Below, piece by piece: positions 18,189 to 25,340 of a stretch of DNA of 64,000 bases (position 1 is its first letter; the number at the start of each line of letters is the position of its first letter). The DNA comes from Limisphaerales bacterium (lineage in GTDB: Bacteria > Verrucomicrobiota > Verrucomicrobiia > Limisphaerales > AAA164-E04), in assembly GCA_965227305.1 (NCBI GenBank), contig OZ245740.1, positions 9,449,524 through 9,513,523 of the forward strand. The letters are read 5' to 3'. The notes beneath the pieces were generated by a model. That model worked only from the letters and a program-made list of their open reading frames with translations. It was not told where the DNA came from and made no database searches. The translations under genes were made by a program, and so were the position numbers.

Positions 18189-19363
18189 GGTTGCATTTGA
18201 AGCGGTTCAGGATGGGAGGCGCCGGTTCCGACGGCGTCGGCGGATTCAAGCTCGGCTACTTCGAAGGCGTTCGACTCACCGGCTTGCTTCTCGCGAGCCC
18301 GTAAGAGATCGACCAACACGTTGGGATCTTTGGCGAGGCGGAGAGCTTCATCGAGGCTGATCGATTCGGCTTGAACGTGCTGAGCGAGGGATTGTTCCCG
18401 CGTCATCATGCCGTGTTGGGAGCCGGATTCCATCAAGGTATAGATTTGTTCCAAGCGTCCCGTGCGGATGTGGTTGCAGACCGCTTTGGTGCCCCAGAGG
18501 ATTTCGACCACGGGGACGCGGCTGTCTTCGGTGCGGGTCATGACCAAGCGTTGGGACACGACGGCCCGGAGGACCATGGAAAGCTGGTGGCGGATGGAGG
18601 TTTGCTCCGCGGCGCTGAATCCGCCCAGGATTCGGTTGATGGCGCCGACGGCGTCGGATGTATGTAAGGTGGAGTAAACCGCGTGGCCGGTCTCGGCGGC
18701 GGCGATGACGGTTCGCATGGTGTCCGGATCCCGCATTTCACCGACGAGGATGATATCGGGATCTTCCCGGAGCGCGTCTTTGATCCCGCGAGCGTAGGAG
18801 GGAACGTCCGTGTAGAGTTCTCTTTGGTGAATGAGGCTCTTGGCTTCGTCATGCACCTGCTCAATGGGATCTTCGATGGTGATAATGTGCTGAGGTTCCT
18901 TTTGGTTGACTCGATCCAGGATGGCATTGAGCGTGGTGGATTTTCCGCTGCCCGTCGGCCCGGTAATCAGCACGAGACCGTCGTGAAGGGTCGTGAGTTT
19001 GTCCAGTGACGCCGGGAGGCGGAGCGTTTCAAAGTTGGCGATCTCTTCGGCGATGCGTCGAATCGCCAAGGACAGCCGTTGGCGCTCGTGGTAGATGTTG
19101 AGTCGGAAGCGGGGGCCGATTTCCGAGCTATAGGCTAGGTCTACGGAATGTTCCGAGCGGAGGCACTCTTGTTGTGGCGGAGCGAGCAGACTCTCCGTGA
19201 GCGCGTGGAGCGCCGCCTCGGTCCAGGTGGCTTGTTTGGAGTGAATCAAACGTCCGTATTGCCGCAGGTAAATCGGCTTGCCGGCAGAAAGGTGGATATC
19301 CGAAGCTTCCAGGTTGACGGATTCTTGGAGGAGCGATTCGAACCGAGTGAGACAGGCATTCAT
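18185..19363 (-). CDS. pilT: PilT/PilU-family (retraction-type) hexameric ATPase
   Basis: DIHLSAGKPIYLRQYG, LVLITGPTGSGKSTTLNAILD, IITIEDPIE, ILVGEMRD, GHAVYSTLHT. It lacks the GspE N-domain and the Cys4 motif. Its stop overlaps the gspE/pilB-like ATG by 4 nt (ATGA). Confidence 0.85.
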   Translation of the reverse strand: MNACLTRFESLLQESVNLEASDIHLSAGKPIYLRQYGRLIHSKQATWTEAALHALTESLLAPPQQECLRSEHSVDLAYSSEIGPRFRLNIYHERQRLSLAIRRIAEEIANFETLRLPASLDKLTTLHDGLVLITGPTGSGKSTTLNAILDRVNQKEPQHIITIEDPIEQVHDEAKSLIHQRELYTDVPSYARGIKDALREDPDIILVGEMRDPDTMRTVIAAAETGHAVYSTLHTSDAVGAINRILGGFSAAEQTSIRHQLSMVLRAVVSQRLVMTRTEDSRVPVVEILWGTKAVCNHIRTGRLEQIYTLMESGSQHGMMTREQSLAQHVQAESISLDEALRLAKDPNVLVDLLRAREKQAGESNAFEVAELESADAVGTGASHPEPLQMQP

Positions 19364-19377
19364 GGGATGGCTTTGGG

Positions 19378-20058
19378 TTAGAGGGCCAGGACGAGTTCGC
19401 TGTGGAGTCGTGGTTCGGCGACGGCGTCCGGATCATCGTTCATCTTGATGCGAAAGGAGGCCACGTGGACTCGATGATCGAGTTCGGCCAGGGCGGCGAT
19501 GAATTGTTGTAGGGCCGAGTAAGTGGCGCGCAGTTCCAGTCTTTGGAGCGGGCGGGCGTAGGCGAGTTGAAAGTATTCTTGAATAAAGGGGGCGTGCTCC
19601 TGTTGGGGCTGACTGGGGGCGTCATCGAGTCGGAGTCGGAGTCGGAGGGGGGAGCGGGAATCCTCCTCCCGGCCGCCATCGGCCGGAACGTTTTTGATCA
19701 CGGTCAGATTATGTTGGCGAGCTAGAGCAGAGATTTGAATCCGGAGACTCTGTAGCTCTGTGCTGTTGCTGAGACTCGCCAAAGAGTCTTCGTTTTCGGC
19801 CAGGGTGGTGAGCAGGTTTTTTCGTTGCGTTTCCAATTTCTGAATCTCCGCGCGCAGTCGGCTGACGTCGGAAGGACTCTGCGTGGGCCAGGTCAAGGTC
19901 TCGCGACCCTGGACGGCTTTGCTCAGGTCGGCTCGCAGGGATTCGATCTGCTTGAGCCCGGGGCGTAGCCGGAAGGCGCCGTAGAGGACCAAGACGATTA
20001 CGGCCACCGCCATGGGTAAGAGGAGCTTCTCACGTTGAGAGAGGGATTGGGATTTCAT
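19378..20058 (-). CDS. GspM/PilO-like bitopic inner-membrane assembly protein
   Basis: The start is taken at the ATG at 20058 (MKSQSLSQREKLLLPMAVAVIVLVLYGAF). It has one TM segment, a coiled-coil stretch, then a roughly 90-aa C-terminal domain. The track start at 20196 would overlap the upstream gene by 130 nt. The family call rests on architecture and position only. Confidence 0.55.
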   Translation of the reverse strand: MKSQSLSQREKLLLPMAVAVIVLVLYGAFRLRPGLKQIESLRADLSKAVQGRETLTWPTQSPSDVSRLRAEIQKLETQRKNLLTTLAENEDSLASLSNSTELQSLRIQISALARQHNLTVIKNVPADGGREEDSRSPLRLRLRLDDAPSQPQQEHAPFIQEYFQLAYARPLQRLELRATYSALQQFIAALAELDHRVHVASFRIKMNDDPDAVAEPRLHSELVLAL

Positions 20059-20066
20059 GCGCACGC

Positions 20067-21803
20067 CTATTCGGTTCGGTGGGTTAAGAGGGCGCGGGAT
20101 TGCGTGGGGACGAGGTCGAAACTCATGGCGTAGCCCATGAGGCCGAGTCGACCAGCTTCGACCTGCACTTCTTGGTGGGCGATGCCCAAGCCCCAATCGG
20201 CGGTTCGTTCCGCCAAGGAGTGAATGAACGTCTGCGCCTCGGTTTCCGTCAGGGCCCAGGCGTTGATGGTGAGGCTGTGATCGCTGTGTTCTTCGAGGTC
20301 GTTGATCGCGATGCCGGGCGTGACGGCTTCGGCGAGTTGCACGAAGAGGTCCGTCACGTAGGCCTGTCGCAGGTCGAGACCGATACCGATGAGGTTCGCG
20401 GCTTGTTCGGTGACCCCGATGGTCTCTTGAAGTTCCTCGCGCGTTTGGAGGAGTTGTTCCGCGGTCTGGTGCTCTTGTTGCACCTTGGCGATTTCACCTT
20501 GGACGCTCTTAGTTTGCTGATGGATTTCCTGGGTGGCCAGGGTGACGGAGTGGCGTTTGAAACCGAGATAGATCTCGGACAACCCGACGAGCACCGCTAA
20601 GAGGATTCCCAAGATTCCCCACCAACGGGTGGATTGCTGCCACCAAGGGGGAGGCGGTGGTGCTCCCTCGACCCAGGGAGTTTGCAAGGGGGTGAGGGCG
20701 GTTTGGAAGCGGAGAGCTCCGAGGGCGTCGGCAGAACAGCGGATCGTAAAGGCGGTGCCGTCCGAGGCAGAATGGATAGGCCGTTGGGACGGTAAGGCGT
20801 GAGTGGGGATGCGGGTCGATTCATGCAGAACGGTTTGTACGCCATCGACGATTCGTGCCGGGCCGGCTAACCAAAGCGCGTCGAGAGATTCTTCCCCAAT
20901 CAGGGCCGCGAGTGCTTCCGGATTGCGGGGGGAGAGCGGTGCCGGGCCGGAGCGAAGGGCTTGAATCTGTCCGCTTTCGAAACTGGCATAGCAATCCATT
21001 CCATCCAGCAGCGTGATCACACCGTTCTTTCCATCTGGCGCTGGCGACGGTAGCGAGGCTCCACAGGTGAATCCCAACGGGAAGATGCGTTCGAGGTGCA
21101 AGCCAAGGGCCGCGAAGCGTTGAATCCATTGGCCCTGGGATTGGCGTCCCATCCCGCAGACGAGCCAGGGAAAGCCTTCGTTGCCCAGTCCGGGAGCGAT
21201 GGATTCCATGGGGAAGATGCGGCAGATCGGGGCATCATCAGGTGAGCTGAATCCTTCTAGAAGTTCGCGGCAGATCTCGACCTCTTCTTCATCCGTGTAG
21301 CCCATTTTGACGGCCTGTTGGCCGAACTGTTTGGGGGCGATGCTGAGGCATGAGGTGGTGGCTTTCTCCTGGCCAATGGCGATGCGGACATCGTCGATCT
21401 CATCTTCGGTCATCGCGCCGCGACCCACGAGGATGGTTTCCAGGGAGAGCGAAGCGGCTTGTTCTTGAAGGATTTGTTCGAACTCCCACTGGACGAGTTC
21501 TTGCAACTGTTCCTGTTTGCACGGGACCGCTGGGTTGATCGGTAGATTGACGACGCTTGCTGCGGCTTGGCTGGTTAGGAGAATGGCGCGCTCGGGAAGC
21601 GATTCTTCGCCTTGGCCGAGGTCGCTCAGCACGGTTTGAAGGGCTTTGTCCGGAGCGGCCTCGGTGGAGATCGCAGTGCGCTGGATGTGGACGGTATCGT
21701 CCTCGTGCATGGCCAATACACCCGTGGTGCGATACCCATTGTACTCGAAGACGAGCCAGGATTGCGGGCGCTTGCGCAGGAGTTTTTGGGCCAGGTGTTT
21801 CAT
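20067..21803 (-). CDS. GspL-like (PilM-PilN fusion-like) bitopic assembly protein
   Basis: 578 aa. About 385 aa of cytoplasmic region, one TM segment (WWGILGILLAVLVGLSEIYLGF), a coiled coil, then a roughly 100-aa periplasmic domain. The topology and the position between the pilin genes and the GspM-like gene fit GspL. I saw no strong motif. Confidence 0.5.
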   Translation of the reverse strand: MKHLAQKLLRKRPQSWLVFEYNGYRTTGVLAMHEDDTVHIQRTAISTEAAPDKALQTVLSDLGQGEESLPERAILLTSQAAASVVNLPINPAVPCKQEQLQELVQWEFEQILQEQAASLSLETILVGRGAMTEDEIDDVRIAIGQEKATTSCLSIAPKQFGQQAVKMGYTDEEEVEICRELLEGFSSPDDAPICRIFPMESIAPGLGNEGFPWLVCGMGRQSQGQWIQRFAALGLHLERIFPLGFTCGASLPSPAPDGKNGVITLLDGMDCYASFESGQIQALRSGPAPLSPRNPEALAALIGEESLDALWLAGPARIVDGVQTVLHESTRIPTHALPSQRPIHSASDGTAFTIRCSADALGALRFQTALTPLQTPWVEGAPPPPPWWQQSTRWWGILGILLAVLVGLSEIYLGFKRHSVTLATQEIHQQTKSVQGEIAKVQQEHQTAEQLLQTREELQETIGVTEQAANLIGIGLDLRQAYVTDLFVQLAEAVTPGIAINDLEEHSDHSLTINAWALTETEAQTFIHSLAERTADWGLGIAHQEVQVEAGRLGLMGYAMSFDLVPTQSRALLTHRTE

Positions 21804-21805
21804 GG

Positions 21806-23026
21806 CTATTCCAGGGACCAGACAAAGCTGGCGGATTCCGTGGTGACTTGAGGACGGAGCATGATCTCGAAGGGATGATTGCCGGATCCGATGGTGGCGC
21901 CGGTTTCATCTTCGACCACCGAGAGGGATCGAACGCCGAAAGGAACGCGTTTGCTAGTCTCTCCAAAGTCGAATTCGAGTTGATAGAGACTCCCGTCAAT
22001 CACGGCGCCGGCCGGAACGGTTACCGCCTTGCTGAGGTAGGGGGCCGCGTCGCGTTCGGCGGACGTGGAGGGCCAGGTAGCAGGCCAATCAAGTGATCCG
22101 GATTGTGGGTAGTGGAGTCGTACTCGGACGGATAATTCAGAGGCCGGGAGGTCTGTTCCCGGGTCCGGGACGATGTCTTCTTCGTCGCAAGCGCCGAGGG
22201 TATCGCCGTGGGCCAGATGGCCTTGGAGGGCAGAGGTGGGGATGATCATGGTTTGTTGCGCTGGCGTGCCCGGGTGGTGACAGATCGTGACGGTATCCCC
22301 TGCTTCATCGTCCCCGCTGCTATCGTCATCGTCGTCATCATCATCATCGTCGTCGTCATCATCGTCACCAGGGCCCGAGCCGCTAGCCTGAGGGTTCTTC
22401 AGGAAGACGGTCACGCGCCAGCGGGCGATATCAAGCAGTCCTTCATGCGGGTGAACCAGAATTCCGGACGTGGGATAGTCTTGTTCGAAGGGCGTGGTGC
22501 CACCGACGATGCCGTTCGAGCCGTAGGTTTGAACGACGACCTGGCCGGTGACTTGATTCGGCTCGAAGCGCCAGCCGAAGTTGTTGGTGTTGCCCAGATT
22601 GCCCCAACCATCGTGAAAGATTCGGAGTCCGTTTTCCTCCGTGCCGCTGTAGATGTAGGGGCCCCGCCAGCCAGCCCAGATGCCGGCGTTTGCGTGATAG
22701 CTCCAGGTGGGGAGGTTGCCTGGGTTGAGGAGTTCGGAAACGTTGTTTGGGAGCCGCCCCATGTCGGCGAGAAAACCGCTCACCGTGGGAGGATCGGCTA
22801 TGTGGGTGGCGAGGTCGCCAATGATCCCTTGCCGCATTTGCTCCAAGCGGATCTTGCAGTCGTCGTAGCGCAGTTGCTCGTCCGTCTCATCTACCAAAGC
22901 GATACTTCCGACCGCCAAGGCACTCAGGATCGCGACGACCAGGAGCAGTTCCAAGAGGGTGAATCCCGCTTCGAGTACCCAATAGGGCCGGGCACAGTAC
23001 GGGGGTTTGGCGTGAGACGCTTTCAT
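21806..23026 (-). CDS. Large prepilin-type (pseudo)pilin with a poly-Asp tract and a Cys/His-rich module
   Basis: Class III signal EAG|FTLLELLLVVAILSALAVGSI. There are 15 consecutive Asp codons at 22322-22366, followed by VTICHHPGTPAQQTMIIPTSALQGHLAHGDTLGAC. Confidence 0.85.
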   Translation of the reverse strand: MKASHAKPPYCARPYWVLEAGFTLLELLLVVAILSALAVGSIALVDETDEQLRYDDCKIRLEQMRQGIIGDLATHIADPPTVSGFLADMGRLPNNVSELLNPGNLPTWSYHANAGIWAGWRGPYIYSGTEENGLRIFHDGWGNLGNTNNFGWRFEPNQVTGQVVVQTYGSNGIVGGTTPFEQDYPTSGILVHPHEGLLDIARWRVTVFLKNPQASGSGPGDDDDDDDDDDDDDDDSSGDDEAGDTVTICHHPGTPAQQTMIIPTSALQGHLAHGDTLGACDEEDIVPDPGTDLPASELSVRVRLHYPQSGSLDWPATWPSTSAERDAAPYLSKAVTVPAGAVIDGSLYQLEFDFGETSKRVPFGVRSLSVVEDETGATIGSGNHPFEIMLRPQVTTESASFVWSLE

Positions 23027-23071
23027 GCTCGGGGTAGGGTTGAGGGGTGGGGATGCTGAGGCTCGCTCGAC

Positions 23072-23773
23072 TTAGCGAAAGAGGTAGAACACCACGTCGT
23101 CTCCCGAGCCGGCTTCATAGGTCCGATTGGGGCCCATGCCGACGATGCGCGCCAGATTGGCGTCGTGAAGATCGAAGAACAGATAGGGCCGTCCGAGGCG
23201 GCTCATCGGTGTCCCGTCGGGGTTCTTCTTCCAGAGAAAGAAGCTCCCTTCGGCCGGAGCCATGAAGGGATCGGCGATTGCCGGCACATCGGTCAGGACA
23301 TCGCCCGAGGTGGGACTGCCTAAACCGGTCGTATCCAAATCATCGCCCAAGTCAACGTAGCCTTCACCGGAGGAACTCAGATAGGGGCCGCGCCAGCCGC
23401 GTTTGGTATCGGGGTTCCAAGTGGCCAAGGGGTGGCCGGTACCGGCGAGCGGGTTTTCCAAGAGTTGGGCCATGTTCGCCGGGCTGGCGAACCAATCCGA
23501 TCCGTCTTCGGGCACGGGAACAAAACCGCCCTCGGTCGTGAGTCGGAACGGGCCTTGTTTGGGCAGGAAACCGGTATCCTTTTTGAATTGGATCAAGGCT
23601 TCCCGAACCTCGCTCATTTCTGTCAGACCAATCTGGCCTTGGGCGAGCTCTTCCGTCTGTCCGACCATTAGGATGGCGCCGCCAGCGATGGTGCTGAGAA
23701 CAGCCGTGACGATCATTAACTCAAGGAGCGTAAAGGCGGAATGGGTGGACGGCCGAAATTTAGAAACACTCAT
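23072..23773 (-). CDS. Prepilin-type (pseudo)pilin
   Basis: The start is taken at the ATG at 23773. MSVSKFRPSTHSA|FTLLELMIVTAVLSTIAGGAI carries the prepilin N-terminal methylation motif with Glu5. Confidence 0.85.
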   Translation of the reverse strand: MSVSKFRPSTHSAFTLLELMIVTAVLSTIAGGAILMVGQTEELAQGQIGLTEMSEVREALIQFKKDTGFLPKQGPFRLTTEGGFVPVPEDGSDWFASPANMAQLLENPLAGTGHPLATWNPDTKRGWRGPYLSSSGEGYVDLGDDLDTTGLGSPTSGDVLTDVPAIADPFMAPAEGSFFLWKKNPDGTPMSRLGRPYLFFDLHDANLARIVGMGPNRTYEAGSGDDVVFYLFR

Positions 23774-23851
23774 GGCTAGCAAGGGGTAACAGAGTTGCAC
23801 TTTCCGGGGAAAATCGACGGGGATGAACCGTGTTTTTTGGCTTACCAGGGA

Positions 23852-23879
23852 CCGGGGGAACGGCGGGGCGTTCCCCCGG
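23852..23879 (-). terminator. GC-rich hairpin downstream of the first pilin gene (possible attenuator or partial terminator)
   Basis: Perfect 11-bp stem: ccgggggaacg (23852-23862) pairs with cgttcccccgg (23869-23879), with a 6-nt loop. It lies in the 272-nt gap between pilin genes. No U-tract follows on the minus strand, so function is uncertain. Confidence 0.35.
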
Positions 23880-24045
23880 AAGCCCTTGTGGATTTTTTCA
23901 GAACGATTCGGTGGGGCGCTGGCTGTAGCGCGACTAGAATCGTTGGGGAGGGGAGCTCAGGTCGTCCTTGCTTTGTAGTACGGCGCCTGTTAAGTTGCCG
24001 CTGCGTCACTACTGAGCTGGATCAGGCTCCTCTCGCTACTGGTTA

Positions 24046-24957
24046 TCAAGATTTGGTGCCAACAGCGTCAGCGACTTCCTGATCCAGCCAGTTTCCTTCC
24101 GCATCCAGCACGCCGATGAACTTGGCTTGGCTGAACACTTCTCCGTCCTCGATCTCGTCATTGGCATCCGCGTCCGAAGCCACGTGGAACAGCAGCAAGA
24201 AGCGGCCGTATTCCGTGCTGGCGACATCGCTGTAGAACGGCGCTTCCGAGAAGTTGGCCGAATTCACATTCACGTTGTCCGAAACAATCGTGCTGTTGTT
24301 GCCCAATCCCAGGGCGACGACCAGGTGGGTGGTCTCCGAGGCGAGTCCGGTGATGTTTTCCAGCAGGCTGGAATCCGCGGCACCGAGGTTTTTGGCTTTC
24401 ACGATGGGTAAGACCAGTCCGGCGGAGATAGCGACGTTGGCGCCGACCCCTGAGGTGGCGTCGTCGTAGGCCCGATTGGCAATGTTGACGGCGTCGGTAT
24501 CACTGGCGTTGGGAATTCCCCGAACGTTTTCGATTCCGACCTCGGCAAACGCGTCCGCGATAGCGGCCGTGGTGCTGAAGAAGTGTAGCGAACCATCGGA
24601 AGTAGCCTTATTTCCATCGGCGCCTTCCAGATCCCGAGTCAATCGGGTAAAGAAGCCGCCTGCAGTGGCCGTAACGGCTGCGTTGCCGGTGACATCAGCG
24701 ACCGTGGTGTCGCTGACCGTGAGTAGATCCAGCGCATCCGGATAATCGCCGGTAACGACCTTAAACAACCGAACGCCTTTATCGATGGCGGCGAGGTTAA
24801 AGGTTGCTTGGCTCTTGGCTGCTTTCTGATCCAATCCATCATAGGAGACCAGAGCGGCACCACCGATGACGGCGAGGATTGCGATGACAATCACCAGTTC
24901 TAGGAGTGTAAAACCTTGATTGCGTGAGGTTTTTGAGGGCTTGTTTTGTGTCTTCAT
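24046..24957 (-). CDS. Prepilin-type pilin, first gene of the operon (candidate major subunit, unusually large at 304 aa)
   Basis: The start is taken at the ATG at 24957. MKTQNKPSKTSRNQG|FTLLELVIVIAILAVIGGAALVSY. The track start at 25041 reads through an A/C-rich leader. Confidence 0.85.
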   Translation of the reverse strand: MKTQNKPSKTSRNQGFTLLELVIVIAILAVIGGAALVSYDGLDQKAAKSQATFNLAAIDKGVRLFKVVTGDYPDALDLLTVSDTTVADVTGNAAVTATAGGFFTRLTRDLEGADGNKATSDGSLHFFSTTAAIADAFAEVGIENVRGIPNASDTDAVNIANRAYDDATSGVGANVAISAGLVLPIVKAKNLGAADSSLLENITGLASETTHLVVALGLGNNSTIVSDNVNVNSANFSEAPFYSDVASTEYGRFLLLFHVASDADANDEIEDGEVFSQAKFIGVLDAEGNWLDQEVADAVGTKS

Positions 24958-25159
24958 GGTTTTCTTGGTTTGTTTTTCTTGTGTTTGTTTTGCGGTGATC
25001 TTCCGGCACTGGTTGTTGGAGCAGTGTCGGCTTTTTTGCACCGCAGTGGAGTTTTAGCAGAGAGGATGCCAGCCAGATTTGCGATCCAAGATGGATCGTC
25101 GTAAGTTGCTGCAACGAAGCGGCTTAGCCTTTGGGGGTTATTTGTCGTGTTTTAGTCTG

Positions 25160-25208
25160 AAATGACATTTTCTGTCATTTTTGAAAATGCAATCGAATGC
25201 GATTCGAT
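25160..25208. promoter_or_regulatory. Two adjacent perfect palindromes in the divergent pilin-operon / LamG-gene control region (candidate operators)
   Basis: aaatgaca(25160-25167)-N5-tgtcattt(25173-25180) and atcgaat(25192-25198)-gcg-attcgat(25202-25208), in the most AT-rich stretch of this intergenic region. Confidence 0.35.
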
Positions 25209-25340
25209 GCTCATGGCGTCTATTCCAAAGTCTGAGAAGGTATGGAGTCGAACAGGAGTCATCAGAGTCATGATGACACGGGTGGTTGCTGTCTTTCTGG
25301 GGCGTCCGCTAGAATGGACGTGTCGCCGCGAGGCACCTTT

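Noticed and set aside
16560-18249. Alternative-frame and antisense ORFs inside the ATPase genes (17218-17871, 17890-18249, 18538-18927).
   Set aside because: The annotated frames carry complete Walker A/B, Asp-box and His-box motifs. The alternative frames are Arg/Pro/Ser-rich, as expected from frame-shifted GC-rich coding sequence.
24995-25075. Possible sigma-54 (-24 GG / -12 GC) promoter upstream of the pilin operon, as is common for type IV pilins (ccGGCACtggttgTTGGa, atGCCAgccagatTTGCg).
   Set aside because: Neither candidate has the correct GG-N10-GC spacing and orientation for the minus-strand operon. No enhancer-binding protein gene is nearby.
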